From Escherichia phage Murica, in the sequence record NC_041871.1: DNA of 64,000 nucleotides. The stretch is one strand, 5' to 3'. Numbering within the stretch: position 1 is the stretch's first letter; the number at the start of each line of letters is the position of its first letter. The notes beneath the pieces were generated by a model. It was given only the letters and a program-made list of their open reading frames with translations. It did not search any database and was not told the origin of the DNA. Shown one piece after another: positions 44,387 through 52,215 of this stretch. The translations under genes were made by a program, and so were the position numbers.

Positions 44387-44671
44387 TTATTTATTGATAG
44401 CGTGCAGCGGGAAAGCTACGCCAGGTTGATAAATAACCTTTACAACCTCATCAGGACAAAAGAAGTTGCAGAACTCACCGCAGTAGGCCTCATCCTCTTT
44501 CAACTCTTCATTAACATACTCAAAAAAGTAGTCGATGCTTGGATAATCCTGGCCGGGATTATAGTCAACCATCGTTAATAATAACTCTTGATCATTCCGT
44601 AGGATATGCATACCCGCTTTTAAGTATTTTGCTTCCATTTCTACTACATCGCCAGCGGTAACAATAGCCAT
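44387..44671 (-). CDS. hypothetical protein
   Basis: 94-aa acidic ORF. Confidence 0.4.
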   Translation of the reverse strand: MAIVTAGDVVEMEAKYLKAGMHILRNDQELLLTMVDYNPGQDYPSIDYFFEYVNEELKEDEAYCGEFCNFFCPDEVVKVIYQPGVAFPLHAINK

Positions 44672-44873
44672 GATTTTAACTCCTATCTATCTGGTCAATG
44701 ATTGGGGGCCTCCCCCCTCGACAACTCTTATTATCCATATTGTCGGGAATGATGCAAGTACTTCTTTAAAAATTTTTTAAGCGCCTTAGGGCCGTTGTAA
44801 CGTCAAAACAATAAAGGCTATGCGATTGCATAGCCTGCTAGTGTTTAGGTCGCTGTAGGCCCTGCCTGGGGCC

Positions 44874-45224
44874 TTATTTTGCATTCTTGCCTGTATTGCC
44901 GCCACGGTACCAGCGTTTGCGGTGAAAATGGTAATAATCCCCCTCGGCATTAAACATCAGATGATTTTCAATAACCAGCTTACGAAGGTGGGCCGGATCT
45001 TGTTCCATTCTTGCCAGATTCCGGCGGCTGTTACGTAAACGGATAAATTCCATATTCAGGCCGTTGATTGCAGCATGGATGTTAAAGTAACCACCTTTGA
45101 GACGTTCACGCATGGCGTTAAGCTCAACACAATATACAGATTTCTCACAAATCAAGGTATTAGCTAGGGCGCGGACCTGGGCAAGGGGGTTAAGCTCATT
45201 AAGGTAATATAATTTAACTTTCAT
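44874..45224 (-). CDS. hypothetical basic protein
   Basis: 116-aa ORF. Confidence 0.4.
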   Translation of the reverse strand: MKVKLYYLNELNPLAQVRALANTLICEKSVYCVELNAMRERLKGGYFNIHAAINGLNMEFIRLRNSRRNLARMEQDPAHLRKLVIENHLMFNAEGDYYHFHRKRWYRGGNTGKNAK

Positions 45225-45241
45225 AAAATCACCTGTTGAAA

Positions 45242-45550
45242 TTAGTTTGAGAAAACATCGTTCACAATAGCGATCACAATGCCGCTCACCTTGTCACGGT
45301 CAACAATGCACAAATCACCATAGATCATGTGGTAGTCTGGATGATCTTTCACAGAATAGTCAATAAGTGTTTTCTTGTCATCCAGCTTCGTAACTTCCAT
45401 TCTCATAACGATATGAGAATCATCAAAGGCATTATTCCGAAAAGTCATAGCCTGACCGCCAGGGCACCCAGTGATCTCCACTTCCACACCATCTACGATC
45501 TGACCATCAAAGAAATAAAGATTATTAGCCTGGATAAACATGTCTATCAC
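45242..45550 (-). CDS. hypothetical protein
   Basis: 102-aa ORF with AAGGAG RBS, downstream of 45-bp element copy 1. Confidence 0.45.
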   Translation of the reverse strand: MIDMFIQANNLYFFDGQIVDGVEVEITGCPGGQAMTFRNNAFDDSHIVMRMEVTKLDDKKTLIDYSVKDHPDYHMIYGDLCIVDRDKVSGIVIAIVNDVFSN

Positions 45551-45587
45551 TCCTTGTTAACTGCGTGGTATTTTAACAGGGTTTAAA

Positions 45588-45632
45588 TTTACTTTATTGA
45601 TGGCCCTGGAGTCAAGGCCATCTAAAAATAAA
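45588..45632 (-). promoter_or_regulatory. conserved 45-bp promoter/hairpin element, copy 1
   Basis: Minus strand TTATTTTTA-GATGGCC-ttgactccag-GGCCATC-AATAAAGTAAAT; TTGACT in the loop, 18-nt spacer, TAAATT. Confidence 0.55.
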
Positions 45633-45634
45633 TT

Positions 45635-45835
45635 TTACAGGCCTACAATCTCTTTGATTCGTTTAACCGCTGCCTCAGCGCCTTGGGGGTAAAAATTATG
45701 GTAACCAATCACGCGAGTGATACTAATCGCCGTTTGATGATCTTCATAGTCGCCCTTGAAGATTTCTTGACCGTCAATCAGCACGGCAATTTTTTCTTCT
45801 TTTTTGAAGTTAATAACGCGGATATTGTTGCTCAT
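45635..45835 (-). CDS. hypothetical protein
   Basis: 66-aa ORF with AGGAG RBS. Confidence 0.45.
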   Translation of the reverse strand: MSNNIRVINFKKEEKIAVLIDGQEIFKGDYEDHQTAISITRVIGYHNFYPQGAEAAVKRIKEIVGL

Positions 45836-45978
45836 TTTGTTTCTCCTTTCTGGTTTTTGTGGTGGTGGGGATTAGCTCCCCCCGTTGATTGTTATTATCC
45901 ACATTCCGGACCGGATTGCAACACCCCGGAAGAAAATTTTTTTTTTTTTTAAAGATAGGCCCCCATGATCGGGGGCCG

Positions 45979-46098
45979 TTATCAGTTACTTACAGCGATA
46001 AAATACATCCCTACGCCTAACAATATTTCAAGGGCGATGATCTCAAGCCATACCATAGCACGGCGCGCCTTATCGGTGCGGGGCTTATCCTTGGTTGT
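45979..46098 (-). CDS. small hydrophobic peptide (39 aa)
   Basis: ATG after GGGAGGGGG; single TM-like segment; followed by hairpin GGCCCCC-atcat-GGGGGCC; below ORF-track cutoff. Confidence 0.3.
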
Positions 46099-46121
46099 CA
46101 TCGTCTCCCCCTTCCCTCCTG

Positions 46122-46343
46122 TTAGCAGTTACGTGGTTTGCAATGGCCCCCAGGAGTATTATCACCACGCACATTGCAAGAAAAATTATCTCTGTCGTTG
46201 TTCGATCCATTGTTATAAAATTCCTCAAGATCAGGCCTGAAAATAAAGCGTTCGTTATTGAATCCGTCACGCCAGGCGGCTGGCTTCAAATCTTCACTAA
46301 AGGGATTAATTAACGTGGCATTATTTAAACGGTTGGCCCACAT
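46122..46343 (-). CDS. hypothetical protein
   Basis: 74 aa from internal ATG; competes with an overlapping out-of-frame TM ORF (46085-46210). Confidence 0.3.
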   Translation of the reverse strand: MWANRLNNATLINPFSEDLKPAAWRDGFNNERFIFRPDLEEFYNNGSNNDRDNFSCNVRGDNTPGGHCKPRNC

Positions 46344-46692
46344 ATTTTCTATTCCTCTCAAATAGGCGATCCGCCTCAGTTAAACATATCTCATGGGCTT
46401 GATCTCTGGTTTTAGCCTCATCAAAAACCTGTTGTGCCAGGCTGCAGCGTAGGGAGACTGGAAGATCACTATAATAGGCGTTGACAAACGTTTGAGCGTC
46501 GTACAGGTCTGAAAATACTTTACCCTTTCTATTATTCCCCTTGTCAACAATTGCAAGGATAACCAATACAATAGTTGCGACTACCCCCAGGAAAATAGAT
46601 ATAATAAACCATAAAAAGGCGGATCTTCCCATCTTGCCAGCGATCCAGGCGTTAAACAAGGCAACCAATACAGCCAAAATAATAAATTCCAT
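46321..46692 (-). CDS. membrane protein with two predicted TM helices
   Basis: Start moved to ATG 46692 after AAAAGAGG; FIILAVLVALFNAWIAG and AFLWFIISIFLGVVATIVLVILAIV. Confidence 0.5.
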   Translation of the reverse strand: MEFIILAVLVALFNAWIAGKMGRSAFLWFIISIFLGVVATIVLVILAIVDKGNNRKGKVFSDLYDAQTFVNAYYSDLPVSLRCSLAQQVFDEAKTRDQAHEICLTEADRLFERNRKYVGQPFK

Positions 46693-46756
46693 TCTATGTA
46701 CCTCTTTTACAGTTCTGATTAACAATAAGGCGGCAAATATGCCGCCTGTTACCTGA

Positions 46757-47137
46757 TTAAAAATTATCGCCGTAAATCTTTCCGCTTTCTACCCATACCA
46801 CCACGCGAGGCATACTATCCCACACGTCTTGTTTTAGATTGAGCGCGTGCAATTCTTCGGTGGTGCTCATACCGGGCACGGGCTGATTGTATACTGCAAA
46901 ACGACCGCCTGCATAATCATAGGCCAGGGTTAAATCACACTGGATCATCTTTTTGATCATGGCATTAAGCATGGCGTTAGCCGCATATTGATCACGTTTT
47001 AAAGGCAACTCTTTGATTAGTTTGCGATAGTTTTCGATATGGTCGCACACTGTTTCACGTGGAAGATCTTTCATATCCTCGCGAAAGGTAACCAGGTTAA
47101 ACATAACGGTGTCAATGGCTTTAGTGGTGCTTTTCAT
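46757..47137 (-). CDS. hypothetical protein
   Basis: 126-aa ORF. Confidence 0.45.
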   Translation of the reverse strand: MKSTTKAIDTVMFNLVTFREDMKDLPRETVCDHIENYRKLIKELPLKRDQYAANAMLNAMIKKMIQCDLTLAYDYAGGRFAVYNQPVPGMSTTEELHALNLKQDVWDSMPRVVVWVESGKIYGDNF

Positions 47138-47225
47138 GATGTTTTCCTCTTTGTTTTGTGTGGGGCAAACGTCTTGCCCCTTGAGTTTTAATATAGCAGG
47201 TTTTTAGGTTATTGCAACACTTTAT

Positions 47226-47849
47226 TTATGAAAAAGTCATCTCGCCATATTCATCCACATCAAACCGCCAATCATTGGCCTCGATAAGGCCGATCAGGTT
47301 TTCGGTAGTAAATTGTTCAAGATAAGCTTGCTCCAGGTCTACGTAAACCTTGCGGGATAGCTCCCGTACCGTCTCGGTGATCAGCTCTTCCAGCTCTTCA
47401 ACTTTGTCCTCTTGCTTGGTGGTCAGGTCTAGCCAATTAGTATCGATGCACCCTCCTATTGTGTTTTCGTGGTGATAATGGCTAAACGGGATACGTTCAA
47501 CACTGGCTGATAGTTCGCCATCGTGCATTGTGCCGAACAAGTGACGAATTGATCGGAACTTGGTCAGGGCCTTTACTTTACGCAAGAATTTTTCTAAATC
47601 CACGTTTTCCGCACTGATTGACGCGCCGTCACCCTGGCACCAAAAGCCTGACCAATGTACTTCGGTATCTTCAAGGCCATACTCTGGAAAAACATATTCT
47701 TTATAGTATTCAATTACACTTTCTGCAAAAAAGTTATCCCCGCTGTGTTCTTCTCTTTCGCGTACCATTTCAATGGCTTTTTCTTTTTGTTCGTCGGTCA
47801 GCACGTCGAAAGATAAATTGTAACCTGTGGTAATGTTAACGGTGGTCAT
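47226..47849 (-). CDS. hypothetical acidic protein
   Basis: 207-aa ORF downstream of promoter 47908-47935 and a leader hairpin. Confidence 0.5.
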   Translation of the reverse strand: MTTVNITTGYNLSFDVLTDEQKEKAIEMVREREEHSGDNFFAESVIEYYKEYVFPEYGLEDTEVHWSGFWCQGDGASISAENVDLEKFLRKVKALTKFRSIRHLFGTMHDGELSASVERIPFSHYHHENTIGGCIDTNWLDLTTKQEDKVEELEELITETVRELSRKVYVDLEQAYLEQFTTENLIGLIEANDWRFDVDEYGEMTFS

Positions 47850-47877
47850 GATATTTTCTCCTGTTTTCTTTGTTAGT

Positions 47878-47896
47878 GGCGGGAAGTTTTCCCGCC
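47878..47896 (-). promoter_or_regulatory. conserved 5'-leader hairpin
   Basis: GGCGGGAA-N3-TTCCCGCC between the -10 and the RBS of gene 47226-47849; near-identical at 50390-50408. Confidence 0.5.
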
Positions 47897-47907
47897 TATG
47901 TTTTTTA

Positions 47908-47935
47908 ATTATACTTATTGAGATTTACTTGTCAA
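47908..47935 (-). promoter_or_regulatory. sigma70-type promoter TTGACA-16-TATAAT (minus strand)
   Basis: Consensus hexamers. Confidence 0.65.
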
Positions 47936-48185
47936 CACTATTTTTTAAATTATTGTGGCGCAAAATGTTTAAAATCTTCTCAACGTCATCAACACGGCGG
48001 CAATTTTTAAACGCTACCAATTGCCCCATGATTTTAATCACTGGGCGGCCTTGCCAGTGCCCCTGAAGAAAGCGCGCCTTGACTTTATCGGTGGAACTAT
48101 CACGCCACCAAATAGCCTTGTTGTTGCAGTAGTAAAAATTATTCAGGATAACATCAACTTTATCAAAATTTTTTAATTTACGCAT
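47925..48185 (-). CDS. hypothetical protein
   Basis: 86-aa ORF; stop lies within the downstream promoter. Confidence 0.4.
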   Translation of the reverse strand: MRKLKNFDKVDVILNNFYYCNNKAIWWRDSSTDKVKARFLQGHWQGRPVIKIMGQLVAFKNCRRVDDVEKILNILRHNNLKNSVDK

Positions 48186-48363
48186 GGCGTTTACTCCTTT
48201 CTCTCTTTGATGTGGTTAGTATAGCTAACCTGTTGACGATGTCGATGATATTTTTAACGCCACAAAACGGCCCTGGGCGATGTTTTCAGGTTAAAGGGGG
48301 CGATTGCATAGGTGGGGGCCTTTTTGGCACTTATAGGGCCAACCAGGGGCGCTATTCGTAGGA

Positions 48364-48395
48364 TAGAAATAAAAAGCCCCGCACAATGGCGGGGC
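48364..48395 (-). terminator. intrinsic terminator (minus strand)
   Basis: Minus strand GCCCCGC-N6-GCGGGGC followed by TTTTTATTTC, just after the stop of gene 48404-48601. Confidence 0.75.
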
Positions 48396-48403
48396 GTTGG
48401 TTG

Positions 48404-48601
48404 TTATTTGTCTTTATGGCGGTATCGTTCTGCCTGTCGTTCACGTTCCAAAAGCAGGCCCGGTAATTTGCGATCATAGTGATTCCTCCAGATCTTCCCG
48501 AACCTTTTCGGCTTATTCAGTTTATTGTTACGCTGGCGGCGTTCCGGCAGCTCTTCGGAATCGTGGGGGCGCTTTACAATTTTTTCGAAATTAATTTTCA
48601 T
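48404..48601 (-). CDS. hypothetical basic protein
   Basis: 65-aa Arg/Lys-rich ORF. Confidence 0.4.
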   Translation of the reverse strand: MKINFEKIVKRPHDSEELPERRQRNNKLNKPKRFGKIWRNHYDRKLPGLLLERERQAERYRHKDK

Positions 48602-48945
48602 AAATTTCCCCCTTTACTGATTTCAATATTTGCCTGAATCGCCCGGATACGCCGTTTTATAACCTCCTGATCCTTGCAATCATATCCCCAAAAGTCTACG
48701 ATCTTTGCGCCTCCGGCCTTTAGGCGGTATAGTGTTTCTTGCATCTTGTAAGCTGGGATCGGTCGCGGTGTTACCTGGTCGCCTCTCTCATCTTTGTACT
48801 TGATTATGTAGTCTTCGTTGTCGTTGAATACCCAAAATGGGTATTCTGTGAGCGCGTTGCTATCTTTTTCGTTTTTAGATTGGATCTTGTTTACAATTAA
48901 AGCCGTAGCAATAGCGCCAATAATAAAACTAGCCCCGCTGATCAT
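48598..48945 (-). CDS. hypothetical protein with N-terminal TM segment
   Basis: ISGASFIIGAIATALIV N-terminus. Confidence 0.45.
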   Translation of the reverse strand: MISGASFIIGAIATALIVNKIQSKNEKDSNALTEYPFWVFNDNEDYIIKYKDERGDQVTPRPIPAYKMQETLYRLKAGGAKIVDFWGYDCKDQEVIKRRIRAIQANIEISKGGNL

Positions 48946-49019
48946 GTACTTTCTCCTTTCATGGTGTTAATAAATTATCTTTATAGATGGCCCTGCAGCC
49001 AGGACCACCGAAAAAATAA

Positions 49020-49265
49020 CTATTTCACAATGCCTACAAAACAGATCCCGCCTTCACCTATATAAGCAATATCGGTCACTTTGTAGTTGGTCAAGATCTG
49101 TTTATTCAGATCATTAATAAAATCGGTCATTGCGTTGGTGTAGTTGTCTTCCGTATCTAAGGCATAATCCCAGGTGTAAACCTTTTTACGTCCGAAGCCT
49201 TTTACCATGATACGGGCGCTTTTGGTGTTGGTAGGGGCATAATATTTGGTGATTAGTGCTGCCAT
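49020..49265 (-). CDS. hypothetical protein
   Basis: 81-aa ORF with TAGGAG RBS, downstream of element copy 2. Confidence 0.45.
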   Translation of the reverse strand: MAALITKYYAPTNTKSARIMVKGFGRKKVYTWDYALDTEDNYTNAMTDFINDLNKQILTNYKVTDIAYIGEGGICFVGIVK

Positions 49266-49306
49266 GGTTTTAACTCCTATGCATTAGTTCAGTGTTAACA
49301 GTATAA

Positions 49307-49352
49307 AGTTTACTTTATTGATGGCCCTGGAGTCAAGGCCATCTAAAAATAA
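49307..49352 (-). promoter_or_regulatory. conserved 45-bp promoter/hairpin element, copy 2
   Basis: Identical core to copies 1 and 3; TTGACT-18-TAAACT on the minus strand. Confidence 0.55.
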
Positions 49353-49354
49353 TC

Positions 49355-49696
49355 TTACTCGTTTTCTTCCAGCTCCGCAAGCTCTTCTTTTGCTTCTTCC
49401 AACTCTGTCTGCAATTCCTGGTATTCTTCATCGTCCTCAATATCCAGGCTGTCGATGTAGTCGCTAAATCCGCAGCGGTAAGCGATAGGATCTAGCTCCT
49501 TGAGGATACGCGACGGAAGAAAAGAAATGTTTCCGATCATAATTTCGCCGTAGATCTCGTCCAACCATTCATCATAGTTTTCGTCGTACTTGTCCTCGTC
49601 GATTTCAAAGTTATCGATCTTGTCCTCAAGGTCTGCGATCTGTTTTTTCAGTGCGGCAACCTGAATAGCTTTTTCTGCGGCGGTCATAGTAGTCAT
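49355..49696 (-). CDS. acidic coiled-coil protein
   Basis: 113 aa, very acidic; AAAAGGAGAAAAA RBS. Confidence 0.45.
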   Translation of the reverse strand: MTTMTAAEKAIQVAALKKQIADLEDKIDNFEIDEDKYDENYDEWLDEIYGEIMIGNISFLPSRILKELDPIAYRCGFSDYIDSLDIEDDEEYQELQTELEEAKEELAELEENE

Positions 49697-49747
49697 GGTG
49701 TTTTTCTCCTTTTGTGTGTTCTGGGAAGTTTTCCCGTTTATGTGTTT

Positions 49748-49775
49748 AGTATACTGATCTAAGTTAGCTTGTCAA
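49748..49775 (-). promoter_or_regulatory. sigma70-type promoter TTGACA-16-TATACT (minus strand)
   Basis: Consensus hexamers upstream of gene 49355-49696; leader hairpin variant CTGGGAAGTTTTCCCG at 49721-49736. Confidence 0.6.
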
Positions 49776-49895
49776 TTAAAAGTTTAAGAAAAATTTTGCG
49801 ACACTGTTGGCGCTACCCATCAACATTTGCGCCAGGATGTAACCAATGATGCAAACGATAATAGTTACCTTTGTGTGCTGGCGTGTAGTACTCAT
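49776..49895 (-). CDS. small hydrophobic peptide (39 aa)
   Basis: ATG 49893-49895 after AAAGGGGGC; TM-like segment; stop abuts the -35 of the next promoter; below ORF-track cutoff. Confidence 0.35.
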   Translation of the reverse strand: MSTTRQHTKVTIIVCIIGYILAQMLMGSANSVAKFFLNF

Positions 49896-49927
49896 CTTCA
49901 AGCCCCCTTTTTAGCTTAACTGGGATT

Positions 49928-49973
49928 AGTTTACTTTATTGATGGCCCTGGAGTCAAGGCCATCTAAAAATAA
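49928..49973 (-). promoter_or_regulatory. conserved 45-bp promoter/hairpin element, copy 3
   Basis: Same core as copies 1 and 2; immediately after the stop of gene 49976-50371. Confidence 0.55.
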
Positions 49974-49975
49974 AC

Positions 49976-50371
49976 TTAGTAAGTTTTCAGTACTTTCCCG
50001 TCCAGTCTGTCAAGCTGGATCTCGATAGCTGCAGAAAACCTATTATAAACCACATCGCCCATGGAGTCCAGCCAATCTATGACGTTATACACCTGCTCTT
50101 TATTCTTGCAAGTCCGGATCCGTTTCATTACGTAAGACGGATCAATATTAGTGCTCTCGTTGTTGTGGTCATGCGCCTGGCCTGCTGCATTAGTTATAGA
50201 TTTTACAACCACCTGAAAGGGCTTTAAGGTGCCTTTTGCGTTCATCTCACGCGCTTTTGCGGCGCGGTTGTTATATGTTACACAACGGCGGCAAATGTTG
50301 ACCAAATGCATATCAATAATTTTTTCATCGTTTGCCAGTTCGTTCATGATGCGGCGTACGTTCTTATTCAT
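49976..50371 (-). CDS. hypothetical protein
   Basis: 131-aa ORF with promoter and leader hairpin upstream. Confidence 0.45.
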   Translation of the reverse strand: MNKNVRRIMNELANDEKIIDMHLVNICRRCVTYNNRAAKAREMNAKGTLKPFQVVVKSITNAAGQAHDHNNESTNIDPSYVMKRIRTCKNKEQVYNVIDWLDSMGDVVYNRFSAAIEIQLDRLDGKVLKTY

Positions 50372-50389
50372 GATCTTTTTCCTTTGTGT

Positions 50390-50408
50390 TGGCGGGAAAC
50401 ATTCCCGC
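50390..50408 (-). promoter_or_regulatory. conserved 5'-leader hairpin
   Basis: GGCGGGAA-aca-TTCCCGCC between promoter and RBS of gene 49976-50371. Confidence 0.5.
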
Positions 50409-50418
50409 CTTTTGTGCC

Positions 50419-50446
50419 TAGTTTACTTGAATTTTGCAGCGTGTCA
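50419..50446 (-). promoter_or_regulatory. sigma70-type promoter TTGACA-16-TAAACT (minus strand)
   Basis: Consensus -35. Confidence 0.55.
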
Positions 50447-50453
50447 ATGATTT

Positions 50454-50852
50454 TTATTCGTGGGCGCATGTTACAATGTGCTTTTTATAGCCTAGATGAT
50501 CAGCAAGTGCCGACAAAAACTCTTCTTCATAGATCCAGCCGTTGGCAGTGATCCCCATAGCATTTAATGCGCTCTCAAGTGCTGCGTTAGCTTTATCATA
50601 ACCGTATCCGCTGGCCTTGCCGCCAGTATAACCGTACTTATTGTTCTTGCTGTCGTGCATCCAAAAGACGCAATAATGAGTATTACCGCTGGAGGCGGCA
50701 TAATACCGGATCTCAGCTACTTCGTGCAAATTATTGTCATCGTCCAGGCCCACCAGATTATAAGCCTTATAAAATCCACGATCACGGCGGCAGTTCTTGA
50801 CATCAGAAAAAGAAAAGTCCGCATTATCAAAATTAAAGGTGGTGGTTTTCAT
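50454..50852 (-). CDS. hypothetical protein
   Basis: 132-aa ORF. Confidence 0.45.
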   Translation of the reverse strand: MKTTTFNFDNADFSFSDVKNCRRDRGFYKAYNLVGLDDDNNLHEVAEIRYYAASSGNTHYCVFWMHDSKNNKYGYTGGKASGYGYDKANAALESALNAMGITANGWIYEEEFLSALADHLGYKKHIVTCAHE

Positions 50853-50916
50853 GATTTTATCCTCTTAGTGTCTTTTGTGCTTTTAGTGTATTTGGTGTCG
50901 TACTATATGTCAATAC

Positions 50917-51114
50917 TTATTTTTTATTAAACCAGTGGTTGATCTGGCCTTTTGTCAGGGCGCAACGATTAAGCTGTTGCCGGGTATAGCTCTGACCACG
51001 ACGGAATTTATAAAGGCCTTGCCCGTTGTTGATGGTTACATCCACCCGGCAAATCACTTGATCCGTGACCACCTGGCGAGTGTTGCGACGTACTTTGATT
51101 CCGTAGGCGTTCAT
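50917..51114 (-). CDS. hypothetical basic protein
   Basis: 65-aa ORF with AAAGAGGATAAAAAATC RBS; TTGACA-containing promoter-like sequence upstream. Confidence 0.4.
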   Translation of the reverse strand: MNAYGIKVRRNTRQVVTDQVICRVDVTINNGQGLYKFRRGQSYTRQQLNRCALTKGQINHWFNKK

Positions 51115-51458
51115 GATTTTTTATCCTCTTTGTTAATTAGTGCGGTGTTGTTCACCTTGCGATAATAAGAATAACAAGAACTGCCCGAGCTGTCAACCAT
51201 TATGTAAAATTATTTTTTTGGGTAGAATTCTCCAGCCGCCACCCCTGCCAGGTTTGCAAGCTTTCACTCTCCCACCTGGTCAGTTAGGTCCTGCTAGGGC
51301 TGGCCCCGCCAGGTTGCAGCAGTTGACGCACTATGTTAGAAAAATTTTTTGAAAAGTGTTGACAACGGCCCCACCAGGTGGCACAATATACCTATCGAAA
51401 GGACGGCAGGCACCGGTGACGGGGGAGACAACCACTGGGGATGGGCGCTGCATAAAAT

Positions 51459-51477
51459 GAGAACGGTTATCATTATC
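51459..51477. promoter_or_regulatory. Fur-box-like AT-rich palindrome, site 1
   Basis: GAGAACGGTTATCATTATC; 11-nt TTATCATTATC identical to one arm of the Fur box consensus GATAATGATAATCATTATC. Confidence 0.4.
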
Positions 51478-51502
51478 ATTTAAAAATTTATGCAAAAAAT
51501 CC

Positions 51503-51533
51503 TTGCTTTCTTTGTCCTGTGTGATACTATAAT
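51503..51533 (+). promoter_or_regulatory. candidate promoter inside non-coding island
   Basis: TTGCTT-16-TGaTACTAT (extended -10) overlapping TATAAT at 51528-51533; no ORF downstream. Confidence 0.35.
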
Positions 51534-51594
51534 AACAAGCCGGGGCAACAGGGGCCGGGAGACAATCACCGGGCCTGCCCGTTATTCTGCAAAC

Positions 51595-51613
51595 GAGAAT
51601 GATTATCATTCAA
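51595..51613. promoter_or_regulatory. Fur-box-like AT-rich palindrome, site 2
   Basis: GAGAATGATTATCATTCAA; 13-nt AATGATTATCATT identical to the Fur box consensus core. Confidence 0.4.
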
Positions 51614-52215
51614 AATTCTAAATGAGAACTCCTCGCATTTAATAAATTTAATTAGCACGCTAATTACACTCCGTAACAATTTACTATAAAATAGTATCCA
51701 CTAAAATATTCCCATATAGAAATTTTAAAAATCCATTTCTGAAAACGAAAAATCGATTTCGTCCCTAAAAATTTCAGGCCTAGATCCGGAACGATTTCCA
51801 GAAAATCCGATTCAGAAAACGAAAAACAGATCGAGTACTGAGAAATTTATCGAGAAAAATTTTCAGAAAATCCAAGCCCTGAAATGAAAAGTAGATCGAG
51901 TACCTGGAAAGCTGCACCGCAACTTCAAGATAGTGGTTAGATTGTTACCATAGAAGGTCAAGGGTAAGTGGAGGAAGTTCTAGTAGAGGGAGGTTAGCAT
52001 GTGTGGGAAATCTATAATGGTGGCCTGGAATATGGTGCAAACGATAGGATGAGTTATTCAGCTTGTCGCGCCTACTCTGAAAAATCCATTTTAGTTTTCG
52101 ATCCATTTTCTGATTTTCTAAGAATTTTAAAATATCCGGCCCGGTGAAATATCAAAAGGAGGAAATCCATTTTAGAAATCCTCCTTATACTTGATATGCC
52201 AGGAATTTTCAAGTA

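Noticed and set aside
51717-51900. Possible CRISPR array suggested by repeated CTGAAAACGAAAAA-type units
   Set aside because: Repeats are degenerate, irregularly spaced and A-rich with no constant-length spacers; no cas genes or leader; treated as direct-repeat regulatory DNA instead
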